A DNA stretch of 63,094 bases, filler included, from Octopus bimaculoides (GCF_001194135.2; 8 parts of 8 records of this genome joined end to end with filler, not necessarily neighbours in it), one strand, 5' to 3'; shown: positions 24,302-38,312, counted from the first letter of the whole stretch. Notes: generated from the letters alone by a model not told the origin. Program-made: numbers and translations.

Positions 24302-24850
24302 NNNNNNNNNNNNNNNNNNNNNNNNNNNNNNNNNNNNNNNNNNNNNNNNNNNNNNNNNNNNNNNNNNNNNNNNNNNNNNNNNNNNNNNNNNNNNNNNNNN
24401 NNNNNNNNNNNNNNNNNNNNNNNNNNNNNNNNNNNNNNNNNNNNNNNNNNNNNNNNNNNNNNNNNNNNNNNNNNNNNNNNNNNNNNNNNNNNNNNNNNNN
24501 NNNNNNNNNNNNNNNNNNNNNNNNNNNNNNNNNNNNNNNNNNNNNNNNNNNNNNNNNNNNNNNNNNNNNNNNNNNNNNNNNNNNNNNNNNNNNNNNNNNN
24601 NNNNNNNNNNNNNNNNNNNNNNNNNNNNNNNNNNNNNNNNNNNNNNNNNNNNNNNNNNNNNNNNNNNNNNNNNNNNNNNNNNNNNNNNNNNNNNNNNNNN
24701 NNNNNNNNNNNNNNNNNNNNNNNNNNNNNNNNNNNNNNNNNNNNNNNNNNNNNNNNNNNNNNNNNNNNNNNNNNNNNNNNNNNNNNNNNNNNNNNNNNNN
24801 NNNNNNNNNNNNNNNNNNNNNNNNNNNNNNNNNNNNNNNNNNNNNNNNNN

Positions 24851-25125
24851 GTGGAATCTAAAAACAGAAACAATTCCTATCATAGTAGGTGCCTTAGGTA
24901 TAATAAAAAAATATTCAGACAAATACATAACAAAAACACCAGGACTTACAAATATATATAACATACAGAAAATTGCACTACTGGGTACTGCACACATTCT
25001 ACGCAAAACACTTTCAATACAGTAAACATAAGAGCACCACAGCAAACCACAGCACATACCCAAGGCGCACAGAGCTGCGCTCGGTAGTGAAGTGAAAGCA
25101 CGTTATAAAAATAAAACTACTGAAT
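24851..25125 (+). mobile_element. 3' end of an R4/Dong-like element embedded in (AAT)n
   Basis: WNLKTETIPIIVGALGIIKK..IQKIALLGTAHILRKTLSIQ*. (AAT)n lies both before the gap (~24250-24301) and after the 3'UTR (~25123-25220). Confidence 0.88.
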
Positions 25126-25168
25126 AATAATAATAATAATAATAATAATGATGATGATGATGATGATG

Positions 25169-25207
<39 letters not shown>

Positions 25208-25633
25208 GTAATAATAATAAACTTCTTTCTAATTTAGGCACAGGTTCAGTAATTTTGAGGTGAGGGAGTTAGGTGTCTGGTACTTTATTTTATGTAACCT
25301 GGAGGGTTGCAGAGCAAAGTCAACCGCGGTGGGATTTGAACACAGAACTTAAAGAGCCGGAACAAATCTTTGGTGTAATACATATCGGACAGTGGAGCGT
25401 GTGAAAGGAGCCTATTACTGGAATACATATATGTGGTTGGGATTTGGTTACGCGCATTTACGTACCGTGTTCAAATTGGGATCTGGTTGACTGAGACCTT
25501 CGTCTCCCCAAGGAAAGAAATAATAAGTGAAGCAGGAATGTACTAATGTCGATTTATGGGGCCATGAGGTCCTTGCTTTCTCTTCACTGTTATACCATGT
25601 ACATTTGTCTGGAAATATGTTCATGTGCGTATT

Positions 25634-25668
<35 letters not shown>

Positions 25669-26532
25669 CTGTTTCTTTGTATGCGTGTCTATGCGTGCGT
25701 GTGTAGGCGTGTAGATGAGTGCATGTGTATGTATGTGTCTGTTACATGCATACCTATATATGTGTCATATACATGTACACATATTTATATTTATTTATAT
25801 GTTTGTGTGTAGATGTGTAGATGTCTGAGCGTCTATGTATGTATCTATGTACTTATCTATGTATGTGCGTCTGTATATATATATGTACGCTCCTGCACGT
25901 GTATATGTGTTTTCATGTCTGTCTGTGTGTGTGCGTATGCCTAGGCGCGTAGACGTTTTTATATGTATGTGTATATCTGTTTCTATGCACATGTGTCTGT
26001 ATATATGTGTATGAGTGTTTGTACGTGCAGATGGATGCGGTTGAGTCTGTTTGCCTGCATGTATATAGGTGTGCATATGTGTGTATGTGTGTGCCTACGG
26101 GCTTGTATATGTGCTTGAAGGTGTGTAGACATGCGCATAGTTATATGTGTTTGTTTGTCTACCTGACTGTCTTCGTATTTTTGTATGCATATGTATGTGC
26201 CTCTATATGTGTATGTGTTCGTGTGCGTGTGTATATGTGTGTCTGAGTGTGAGTGTATGTGTGTGTATAGGCGTCTGCGAGTGCATGTATTTATCTGTCC
26301 ATCCGACCACGGACATATCCATGGCCGGACAGTTAAGAAATTTGCTTCCAAATCTCAAGGTTTCGTGACGCAATATCATTCCTTGGTGTTTTAGAACAAA
26401 TGTCGTTCATTGTAGCCTAGGGTTCACCCAAGTTTCATAGAGCAAAACTATGGTGATAGAAACTGTGTTGAAGCTTTTCAGACGGATCGAACATGCTAAT
26501 TAGAACTCCAACTCTCTCTCTCTCTTTTTCAC

Positions 26533-26596
<64 letters not shown>

Positions 26597-26621
26597 AGAT
26601 AGATAGATAAATATATAGATG

Positions 26622-26665
<44 letters not shown>

Positions 26666-27100
26666 TGGTGATTCTCTACTCCTTATTTAGAATTTGATCA
26701 CCTCCTGTACCTACACGTTAGAACCATCATGGTATCTGATGTGGCATTTTAAACCAGACAATGTTTTGAAAAGACACCCACATAGATTGCATATCCGATT
26801 TAAACCACCGATAAGGTCTGATTTTTGTGAATCTTAAAATGTATATACGTTTGTGTGTCTGTATTTGTTCCCCCACCATCGCTTCACAACCAATGTTTGC
26901 GTGTTTACTTTCCCATAGCGTAACGGTTCGGCAAAGGAGACCGATAGAAAAAAGTTCTAGGCTTACAAAAAATAAGTTCTGGGGTCGATTTGTTCGACTA
27001 AATGCGGTGCTCCAGCATGACCACTTCCAAATAACTGAAACAAGTACAAAAATGAAAAATATGTATATGTACATATTTACATACGTATTTACATACATGT

Positions 27101-27270
27101 AGGCGTAGGAGTGGCTGTGTGGTAAGTAGCTTTCTTGCTTACCAGCCACATGGTTCCGGGTTCAGTCCCACTGCGAGGCACCTTAGGCGAGTGTCTTCTT
27201 CTATAGCCTCGGGCCGACCAAAGCCTTGTGAGTGGATATGGTGCACGGAAACTGAAAGAAGACCGTCATA
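27101..27270 (+). mobile_element. SINE family 1, 5' module; head-microsatellite-tail copies at ~36187-36600, 42355-42690, 48581-48895, 50920-51270, 51730-52075
   Basis: ggcg(c/t)aggagtggctgtgtggta..ggttccgggttcagtcccactgc..gtagacggaaactgaaagaagcccgtcgtatat followed by a TA/TG tract. Confidence 0.85.
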
Positions 27271-30200
27271 TATAAGTATATATATATANNNNNNNNNNNN
27301 NNNNNNNNNNNNNNNNNNNNNNNNNNNNNNNNTTAATTAATTAANNNNNNNNNNNNNNNNNNNNNNNNNNNNNNNNNNNNNNNNNNNNTATATATACGCG
27401 CGTCCGCACAGACACATACATGTGTATTTAAAAAGTGTATGTACTTAAATATTTATTCCAACTTTTACTTAATTTCGCTCGAATCGGAAGTTAAACAATC
27501 CACCATAGTAGTTCCATAACTTCTGTTTCAAAAATACTGTCTTATACGGAAATAGGTTCCAAGTTACCATCACTGGTGCTGGGTTCTCTGGAGAATATAT
27601 TCTTTGTTTAATGTGAATATTTTGTTTGTATAATGCAACGAGCTGACAGAATGTTTTGCACGCCGGAGAAAATGCTTAGCGATATTCTGTCCGTATTTAC
27701 GTTCTGATAACAAATCCCGCCGAAATTAACTTTGCCTTTCATAGTTTCAGGATTGATAAAATTAATACTAGTTGAACATCGGTATCGATATAATTGACTT
27801 ATCCCACTCACGAAATCGCTGGTCTTGAAACCAAAACTTTGGTTTATTGTATTGCTTCCGATCGATACAGTATTTATTAATATTGCCACTGCATTATCTC
27901 TTTGGTGACTAATAAAATGAAACCTGAAAGATAAGAAACGGCAACATTATGGTATTAAGAGAATTTGAAGTTATGAATTATATTCTATTAACTTTGAGAC
28001 TTGAAGATAAGACATGTTATATGACTTTTAAATATAATATTAAAAATATAATTATATTTCAGCAATGGCAAATTTGATGTTGGTGTGTTTAGTGAACGCG
28101 ACATATAAATGTATATATGAATGCATGACTTGTTCAGTGAAAATATATGTCTACTATATGATTTTTGAGTTTGAATCAACATATGTGTGATGCATTCTGT
28201 TTGTGTTCTAGAAACGTGTATGTGAAAATATATGCTGTATATAGTTCATAATATGTGTGTACTCAGGTTATGTGCGGTTATAAATTTCTTCATGCGTTTC
28301 ATTCGTGCTGTGTATATAAATATATATATTTCTTAGAAGAAGGCTTTGGCTAAATTGTGTTGCATATGTTTCTTTTGTGCGTACATTGCAATGTCTTCTG
28401 TTACTATATTATCATTTTGATCAGCTGAAGACTCTCTCTTTCTGTGGTTTCCAAAGTAGACTTCGGAAAGACGTGGAACGTTAAAAAAAAGTTAAGCGAT
28501 AAGCGGATAACAATAAATGGGCGTTGGATGTAAAAACAACAAAATAATGGGTTAATTAGTTCAACTGTGATATACAGCTATTTTTAATTTGCAGGAAAGG
28601 GTCAATATTTGTGGTGGTTATTGAGGTGGGGGACTAGGTATGTGACCCAAGTGCCAAAAGGGCGGCTGCCCAAAATAATTTGGGTTTCATTGATCTATTT
28701 GGTACACAATTTTGTCTGCCAACTTTTCAAGGCTTATATGTTTGAGAACAATAAAACGTTGTAACATCTACAAAAGTTACAAATTTTCATGTATGTTTAC
28801 CACAGAAAATACGGTTTTAAGTGGGTACGCGTCCTACAGATATGCTTGTTTATTTTTAGGCCTTATTATATGTTAATAAAACTTTCTATTAACATTTAAA
28901 TACAACTAACCAATTTATGTGATTATCGAAAATAAAAGTTTTTGTTTGATTTAGTCACAGATTTAAATGTTTTTTTTTTGTTTCTTTTTAGATAATAAGG
29001 ATGCAAAAAGTTTGAGCGATGTTTGCCGTAATTGAATGCAGAAAATTCAACGAATACTTTGCGAACATTTTGCCGTATGTTCCAGTGTGGTTTAACGATT
29101 AATTTGTATAATAGTGGAGTTCTTGTTTCGGGGGAAAAAAGTGTACCAAATTACATTTAGCTTCATATTTTGGCAGCTGTATTCTTATAATAAATGTAAT
29201 TTTTATAAATGGTATTTATTTTCTGTGAAAGCTTCATTATAGTAATGTGTATTATCATGGAATATTTCAACGTTTGCAAAAAATTGGAGTATTACTGAGT
29301 GACATATTTTAGCAACGATGTTGTGATCATTGTAGCTTGGCATGAATCAATTTAAGTGGTTGGTTATGAAGAATAGAATAGATTTTTTTTCTTCTGAAAT
29401 TGAAGGTTCCGTTGCGAGAATTTGCAACAGTGAATATATATCCAATGGTAATTTTGAGTCCGTATTGAGGGGAGAAAATGGCATAAAATATATTCTTATC
29501 GATCGGTCCATTGTGTGTTGGGACCTCCCTTCGACATTATTTTACTATCAATGCGAAATATAAGCCTACAACAAATAAATTCATACGCAAACCCACAATC
29601 ACACACATTCACACACGCACACGCACAAACGCTTATAAACAAACGTGTGCATGTGCGCGCATATGTACGCGCGAATAGGAGTCGAATCAAACAAAGGCGA
29701 AACTAAACACTCTATAACTAAGATACCCCCATATTTCATGACATATAGAGAAGTAATGATTTTTATTATCCCTTCATAAGGGATTTCGAAATAGACAAAG
29801 ACTATATAATCTACAGCAGCGGATCATAAACATAGTTTGAACTTTCCCGCAATAAAAAAAAAATACCTTACCATTTATGTACTGCAGGAACATATGAAAT
29901 GTTATTTGCAACAGAAAACCTCGAGTAAACGGGAGGAGCGGTTTGCAGCTGGTCCACGCTAAATATACGAAGCATAAATATTTCCCTCTTAAATGGAGAT
30001 TATGCGCACAAATAAAACGCAAACAAACAAAAGAAACAAGAAAATCTCATGACGTTCAAAACATTTGCTTTAATTCTCGCATATACACACCTAGAAAATT
30101 AATAGCTCACGTTCAGCGTATACTTCTATCATTGTAATCTCATAACAATGGATATTATTATTATTCATAATTATGTGAATGCGATCACAGTAAAGTGTTG

Positions 30201-31932
30201 GATTGCATTTAGGCAGTGAAACTTGCGTGATCGTCGTAAAAACAGTAAATATGTAGGCATTACTTATGCGCTTTCCCTAAATTACATCCATTTATCCTGC
30301 CATTCACAACAACAGTTTTCGCACCATATTACCGTCAAGCATTCATATTCAGCATCACCAATATTTAGATATTCTAAGGTTAACTTTAGTATAATATTAA
30401 AAAATCCTTAATGCGAACCGAATGACATTTCTTATCCTTTTCGCTTTGTAGTGAATACAATTCATAATTCAATATTTTAACGCATTTATTTATAACAATT
30501 CTTATGCCGAAGTCTCATGCTATATGTCATCATTCAAATACAAGTATGTGTTTCATAAATGAAATTTCACAAATTCAGCAACAGGAAATTGTCGGAAAGC
30601 GCAAAACACTTAATCTGAATGCCTCAAACGCCCACATAGATTTATTAAATCTCTTTCCATTTCTATGATTCCTGCGTTCTCTTCTTCTTTCAGAGAAATA
30701 TGAAATTTTATAAAGCATTTAATAAACAAAAGATGGGAGGAATATATTGGTTCCAAATTTTGGTACAAGGCTACCAATTTCATATGTGGAGCTAATTCAA
30801 TTGCACCTATTCTAGTGCTCAAATCCTTATTTCATCAACGTCGAAATGATGAAATGCTACTCGAATTCAGTGGATTTTCTACTTAAAACTAAAAAAGAAG
30901 GACCAAATGCCACTAAGCATAAAACTCCGCGTGCAACCATTCTGCTATCACCCACCAACATAAGGGTATGATATTAGAATTTAATACACTCAGTAATAAT
31001 AACACTGTGTATNNNNNNNNNNATATATATATATCAATGTAAGCGAACCGAATATTTACATTTTTATTATTTACCCGTGCGGTCATTTTGGGATGCAAAA
31101 TATACTCGCTGCTCATGTGTACGTCACAGGACAATAAGTTCCCCTTTTTGGTGATGACATTATGTTCAAAACACTCGGCTCACTAGGGGACGGCTTTTTG
31201 GAACATCGGTGATCCGACTTGTTGTGTCTTTTCGGTGGATGTGTTTGCTTGTGTCTTTGCCAGCTTGGATTGATCTCTCCTCAATACATTTGACTTTTTG
31301 GCGATGTCTCAAATTGAATTTCCTAGCTCGTGAGGAACATTTCAAAACCGTTTCCTTAGTTGCAGTTTTCCTATCGTTTTCGAAATAAATTTTAGAATGA
31401 TTTTACTCTTTTATATACTTCAAGAATTCATTCTAGATGCACATGGGCGTATTCGAACTTAGTAATGTTCCATTGTTTAGAGAGTCAACAATTTCAAAAT
31501 CACTCTGTTCTCCACATATGTCAACTATGACTGCATATCTTCTCGCTTCCGATGTTAGTATTTTACCCGCCACGGGCAAAATGAAAAGAAATGACGATGC
31601 CTTTCAGTGGTTTGAAGTGAGATTACTATGCTGGTAATTCAGCGTCCTCAATTGCTCGCATGTTCTATGTACACGCATTTCAATGTGTTAACAGAATTGT
31701 AGAAAGTACGAGGCAAGTGATCTGAGGACACTTAAGGTAGATAAGCAAAATACTTTACGTTTTCGTATTTGGTTTAGAAGATACTTGACGGAAATTCGTG
31801 TGTTGAAGCAAATCTTGTTTCGTCTTGGGTGAGCCATTACGCCAGTAATAATTACAACTAAATTCAAAACCAACAAAATAATTGATCATTTATTTAACGT
31901 ATTTGATAAACAATTAGTTAGTTCATTATTTA

Positions 31933-32071
31933 CATTATTCACATTATATACATTTGACGGATATTTGTTCTCATCTTGTTTTGTTGTTAACACAACGTTT
32001 CGGCTGATATACCCTCCAGCCTTCATCAGGTGAGGACAAATATCCGTCAAATGCAAATAATGTAAATAATG
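31933..32071 (-). repeat. Foldback with 41-bp inverted arms enclosing a hammerhead-like core
   Basis: Arms 31933-31973 and 32031-32071 differ at 4 positions. The minus-strand core is CTGATGA-a-ggctg..cagcc-GAAAC at 31997-32029. Confidence 0.75.
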
Positions 32072-32571
32072 TACATAATTCCTCTTCTCTTAAATATAGA
32101 ACTGAATGAGTTGGTTATTTGTTGGTCAATGTTTTTTTTCTTCGTTGCTCTTCCCAAATATTTCAGTGACCAATGCCTTCCCTACTCGTTCCAAAATCAT
32201 CTCTCTTCTGTCTGAGAATTGGTCCTATGTTTATGCGTATGTGTATGTTTGTGTTTCTATGTATGTGTGTGTGCGCGTATGTATGTCTATGTTTATATGT
32301 TTGTTTATGTTGTATCGCAAGTTCGACGTACGATATAGCGAAATGAAATATAATGTCATCACCAATCGTTCCACTCAAGATACACCATACTTGTAATTGA
32401 ACTCGACAATACGCAAGTCTCGGCTTTACACAGCTCTCTGACACTCCCCACCACTCTCTGCGCATGCACATTTATATTGTAGCACAGTCCATTAGGAACC
32501 AACCAGATAAGGGTATTGTACTTTCACACAACTGTTTATAATAAGCAATAAGTCTGAGAATAAATGAGATG

Positions 32572-32603
<32 letters not shown>

Positions 32604-32927
32604 CGTGTGTGTGTGTGTGTGTGTGTTACGTGGGCGTATGCATATTCATACGTGGAGATACAATTACAATCATATCTACAACCTACTACATGCATATTAA
32701 GTTCGTTTAAATATGTGATGATAACATCGAAACCTATTGAAATGTGTGGACGACATTTTCATTATATACGAACAGATATTCTCTGTTACGTTCTGTCTCA
32801 GAAACGTTCAATCACATATATAAAACGCTACGGAATCATAGACGGCAGCACTTATGGAAACAAAGAAATTCAGAAAGATGTATGTGTGTATGTAGAGATA
32901 GAGAGAAGGAGAATTAGAGAGAAACAC

Positions 32928-32960
<33 letters not shown>

Positions 32961-33109
32961 NNNNNNNNNNNNNNNNNNNNNNNNNNNNNNNNNNNNNNNN
33001 NNNNTTAATTAATTAANNNNNNNNNNNNNNNNNNNNNNNNNNNNNNNNNNNNNNNNNNNNTATATGTGTATATATATATATATATACATCTTCGCCATGA
33101 TAGATCACT

Positions 33110-33280
33110 AGCCACTACGCATTCTTTTTCTCTCTTCTTGTTTCTTTATGTGTTCCTTTCTGTGGAAGAGCGTACGCTCGAAACGTTAAAGACCTTTTCA
33201 CTTTCTGAGCGTTATACTAATACATCCGTTTGTTTTGTACACCATCTGTCTTCGTCTACGTTTTTTTCGTAACGTTTATA
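33110..33280 (+). mobile_element. Short ~170-bp repeat carrying a hammerhead-like core; relatives ~38230-38400(-) and ~42070-42230(+)
   Basis: cttt-CTGTGGA-agagc gtac gctc-GAAAC-GTT-aaag at 33156-33191, with shared downstream sequence (gagcgttatactaatac..tttgtac); lies next to (TA)n. Confidence 0.65.
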
Positions 33281-33288
33281 TATATATA

Positions 33289-33865
33289 ATGGATGAATTT
33301 TTCCTGACACAGCTAGTGCTCGAACCGGCAAGACAGACTAAAACGATCTTGGATCTGATATTAACAAAACACTGCAGTTTGATTCACAGCATTTTAGCTG
33401 AAAAAATTCTCCTCTCAGACCACGATATGATACTCTGCAACTTCAATTTCCGAAATATCAAAACGAAACCAATTAATCCTACAACACTTCCCTTATTTGA
33501 CAACATAAACGTCCACAAAACTGACTGGGATGCAATCAGGAATAATCTGCCCTTTATCGACTGGTCCTTCACTCTAAGGACCTAATGTTGAAACGCTGAC
33601 ATTGAAACCACATGGCAGCGCTTTGAAAACATAGTCACCTATACATACCCAAAACACGCTTCTACGAAATTCACTAGCACAAAGAGAAAGCGGTTCCCTA
33701 GAGAGAAACAACAAAACACCCATCAGGGGCATCAAAAATCTTAATTACAAATCAACCAATTAAAATAGTCCCACATACATCATCCACAGTTAACAACAAT
33801 GGAAAACCTGGAGTTGGAAAAACTTCATTTGCAGACCGACATAAAAACCTCCATTGAAAATCAAG
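33289..33865 (+). mobile_element. APE endonuclease C-terminal fragment of a CR1-group LINE ORF2
   Basis: LTQLVLEPARQTKTILDLILT...LSDHDMILCNF...NVHKTDWDAIR..IDWS (LDL..T and SDH motifs). Confidence 0.8.
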
Positions 33866-33971
33866 TACTAGGCTTACAAAGAATAAGTCCTAGGATCTAT
33901 TTGCTCAACTAAAGGCAGTGTTTCAGTATGGCCGTAGGCAAATGACTGAAACAAGTAAAATAGTAAAGAGG

Positions 33972-34025
<54 letters not shown>

Positions 34026-34599
34026 AGTTGCGGTGTATGCCGTTAAGAGCGTATTNNNNNNNNNNNNNNNNNNNNNNNNNNNNNNNNNNNNNNNNNNNNN
34101 NNNNNNNNNNNNNNNNNNNNNNNNNNNNNNNNNNNNNNNNNNNNNNNNNNNNNNNNNNNNNNNNNNNNNNNNNNNNNNNNNNNNNNNNNNNNNNNNNNNN
34201 NNNNNNNNNNNNNNNNNNNNNNNNNNNNNNNNNNNNNNNNNNNNNNNNNNNNNNNNNNNNNNNNNNNNNNNNNNNNNNNNNNNNNNNNNNNNNNNNNNNN
34301 NNNNNNNNNNNNNNNNNNNNNNNNNNNNNNNNNNNNNNNNNNNNNNNNNNNNNNNNNNNNNNNNNNNNNNNNNNNNNNNNNNNNNNNNNNNNNNNNNNNN
34401 NNNNNNNNNNNNNNNNNNNNNNNNNNNNNNNNNNNNNNNNNNNNNNNNNNNNNNNNNNNNNNNNNNNNNNNNNNNNNNNNNNNNNNNNNNNNNNNNNNNN
34501 NNNNNNNNNNNNNNNNNNNNNNNNNNNNNNNNNNNNNNNNNNNNNNNNNNNNNNNNNNNNNNNNNNNNNNNNNNNNNNNNNNNNNNNNNNNNNNNNNNN

Positions 34600-34668
<69 letters not shown>

Positions 34669-34689
34669 TCAGTCGAAAATTATATACAC

Positions 34690-35760
34690 TCGTCTTTCTG
34701 TGATTTACTAAAACAAAAGCAACGGTTGAACATCTACATCACTTTATAACTTAGTTTCCTTGCTTTTCGTTGCAATTTTTCCAGTGATACACAAGTTTGC
34801 TTATTTCATCGGGATAAAAAGGTTTTGGCTGGTGCACCTCCTCCGTAGCGAATCGACAACCACGTAATATATGTTTAAACGGTCCAAGATCTTAATCGGA
34901 ACCGACTCTGTTTTCAGAGTCTTTCAGCAACTTGAAGACCGCTTTTTCAATGTTTTCGACGGTGTTAGCAGCCGTATGTGGTCTTTCATTTTCATGCAAC
35001 AATAGCACTTAATTTGGCAATAAACCTCTGCGTTCAGTGTGCATTGCTTGTTCCAGTGTGTTGACCGGCATTTCACTAGTGACCGTAGGGCTTTTTCAGC
35101 CCAAATTCCAAATCACAGTTGGTATCATTTTTCGCAGAAGGGTGAGTCTTGTAATTCTTTATCGTTAGCCATCTCGTGTCTGTTGCCACTCAGTGCTCTA
35201 CATAGCACAATTTTATGACCCTAGATCTCATCTCTTATGATTATTCACTCCACAAAAGCTTCGCCTTCATCGTTGTAGCGACAGAATAAGCGTTGACAGA
35301 TCTCCACACAATTACAGGAATTCGTTTCGGAAAGCTTTCATGGCACCTACCATGCACAGACTTTACCTAAACAACGTTTTGTCGTGGAGAATTTCGGAAG
35401 CTGAGTCTTCACTTATTTGCGGACAACATGCCACCTCATCGATGGTCCTTCGTAGGTTCACCAGAACCATCCCTCGAGTTTGTTGAACCTTCGCATGAAC
35501 GGTGGGAGTTGATGAGCGTCCGGATTCCTCTTCGTACTTCATGCTTGTCTATCCACTTTTAAACATCCCGATCCAGAGTGTTGTCTCTGTATCGTATGGA
35601 AAGTCTACGATGTATTGCAGCCCCTGACATTACTTTAGACCAGAGAAATTAGACCACTGATCACTGTTCTCCCTTGGTGGATACGGCTAACAAAGAGGCA
35701 AAATTTACGCTGTAATAAGAGCGAGTACTGCAGCGATCAAAGTCAAAGTCTGTTATATAA
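34690..35760 (-). mobile_element. Degenerate mariner (DD34D-type) transposon
   Basis: Minus strand: EQ*SVV*FLWS..AAIHRRLS; ICQRL..RYNDEGEAF..IRDE; VLLLHENERPHTAANTVE; SD*DLGPFKHILRGCRFATEEV. Many stops; boundaries approximate. Confidence 0.8.
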
Positions 35761-36083
35761 CCACATGGGTACTACTTTTTATCACGCGATTGCTGAACTC
35801 AGTGCGTTATCATGAACAAGGGTTTGCCGAGTGTGCGTATAACATTTGACTTGATTTTTTGTGTATATATACATGTGTGTAGTGGAGGTGCAATGGCCCA
35901 ATGGTTAGGGCAGCGGACTCGCATATAGTTACATATATGCACATATAAATATATACATATACATTTATACATGCTTGTGTGGGCGTGTGAGTGTGTGTGT
36001 GTATGTGTATGTGTGTTTAGATAGATATATGAATACATACATATATGCAAGTATAAATATATACATCTATACATGATTGTGTG

Positions 36084-36114
<31 letters not shown>

Positions 36115-36747
36115 TGTGTGTGTGTATGTGTGTGAACATGCGTGCATGTGCGTATATCAGTGTGTATTTTCATGTCTGTATACGCGCAGGCGTGGCTTTG
36201 TAGTAAGAACTTTGCTTCCCAACCACATGGTTCTGGGTTCAGTCCCACGAAAAGCCTTGTAAGTGGATTTGGTAGAGGGAAACTGAAAGAATCTGGTTAT
36301 ACACGCACACACCCACACGCATTCTCCCTGACACGCGCACACAAACACAAAGACAAACACACACGCACACAAACACACACACACACATGCATGTGTCCGT
36401 GTTATTGTGTCTATGTTTGTTCCCCAACCACCCCTTGACAACCGGCCCTAGTATGTTTTGACATCCGTGACCTAGCGGTTCGACAAAATAAACTGATGCA
36501 ATTAGTACCAAGTTTAAAAGTAAATGCTGGGGTTGATTCGTTGGGCTACAACTCTTCAAGGCGGTGCCCCAGGATGGTTGCAGTCTAATGACTAAAACAA
36601 AGAAAATTTGTGAGCATTTCAGTTTCCCTCGCGTTCCGGCATCTGGAACGCGAGGTAAATTTTCTCCTATAGCTAATCATAACATGTTTAAATGATACAC
36701 TTTCCGCCACAGAATTCTGTTTTACGCACGGCATATAACCCCTCATA

Positions 36748-37112
36748 ATTACCTCCACCTTAGCGAAGGTGGAGCTATTGTTTTCAGTCGAGTTTGTTTG
36801 TCCGTGGACAAGATATCTCAAGAACCACTGGATGGATTCGGATGAAACTTTCAGGAGTGTTTGGCCTCATGACCGCCATGAACTGATTACATTTTGGTAT
36901 AGATCTGTTACCGGGCAAGGATTCTAGATTATTTTTTCATGTTTTTTTTTACTTAATTTTTGTGAGCAGTCGGGTTCATCTTTAGTATTCTCGTTTGTGT
37001 GAGCAGTCGAGTTTATTTCAGATATTCTCACTTAAAAAATCATCTCTGGCTAATCATTGAGAGTACGTTGGTATTGCCCTGACGGAGGTGTGCGCTCTCT
37101 CAGTGCTGTTTT
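36748..37112 (+). mobile_element. Non-autonomous Helentron/HINE-like element
   Basis: 5' attacctcc with a perfect hairpin ctccacctt-agcg-aaggtggag; 3' gacggaggt (inverted to the 5' motif) plus hairpin gcgctctctcagtgc and a T-run, as typical of HINE/DINE-type ends. Confidence 0.6.
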
Positions 37113-37299
37113 TTTGTTGTGGAATTTTCAGAATTTTTTTGCGAATTTATGTTCTATACAAGGGAAATCATATGATTATGCAAAAACTATTCAAAACATT
37201 TTTTGCGCGATTTAAGGGATATTTAGCTGTTATGTTTAGCATATATCACGACCACGTTATACCTGCAGAACGACCTGAGTGCAATATACAAGTGCATAG

Positions 37300-38050
37300 A
37301 GTAAAGCAATATGCAAGTAAATGCTGAAAAAATTCAAGCACTGCACTATAAGATCACAAATGCTCTACAACCGGCATGCAATCCCAGAGTCACAAACATT
37401 GAGAGACCTGGGCATCAGTATGTATAATGATGCATCATTTCGCATGCACATTACCAAGTTGGCAGCAAAGCGCAGACAACTGGCGGGATGGTTACTAAGG
37501 ACATTCAGAACCAGAGATCAGGAAGTCATGTTGACTCTATGGAAGACCTTTGTCCTCACTCGCCTAGACCACTGATTACAGCTGTGGTCATCACACAGTG
37601 TCAAGGTAACAACGGAGCTTGAAGCAATCCAGTGTCACTACACTATGAATTAAAAGGAAAGGCTGAAAGAACACCCACTCTACTCCATAGATCGCAGACA
37701 TGAGAGATATGTAATAATTTACATGTGGAAAATACTGGAAGGGCTAATACCTAATTTTGGCATCAAGTGTTATATGAACGCTCGTACTGGACGCCACTGC
37801 ATAGTACCGAAGGTACCGTCAAATGCATCCCAACATAAGAACCAGGTACTGCAATAGCCCAGGGTTCAGAGGACCACAGCTCTTCAATTCTCTGCCAAAA
37901 CAACTGAGAAAGTTACATGATATAAATGCGGAAGTCTTCAAAAAGAAACTGGGCACTATCCTATCCACAATACCAGACGAACCAATGGCTCGACATGAGG
38001 CACAGTTGAGGGCAGTAGTGTCAATTCCATCATACACTAGATGGGCCATC
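37300..38050 (+). mobile_element. C-terminal RT/thumb fragment of a CR1-group LINE
   Basis: LRDLGISM.NDASFRMHI..GWLLRTFRTRD..MLTLWKTFVLTRLD...RGPQLFNSLP..FKKKL..L.TIPDEP. Confidence 0.82.
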
Positions 38051-38312
38051 GACAATTTTGATGGGATCACAGTAGTCGGAGGAGAGGAACCACGGTAGCA
38101 TTGTTGGAGAGGGTACAAACATAAAGAGTGAAAAATTACGGTGGTGCTCCAGCATGACCACAGCCACCTGACTAAAACACATAAAACAATAAGGACTATA
38201 TATATAATTAATACAAGAAAATATGAAGAAAACCACAAGAAAAAAAAACAAGAACGCGCGAACGTGGTACATGTAAAGTATTAAAAGACGCTCAGGGAAG
38301 GAACGAAAGCTT

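Noticed and set aside
30660-30800. Strong plus-strand acceptor (ttctcttcttctttcag) with a short open frame
   Set aside because: The downstream part is a SINE-like head, the donor is weak (gtacaa) and there is no homology.
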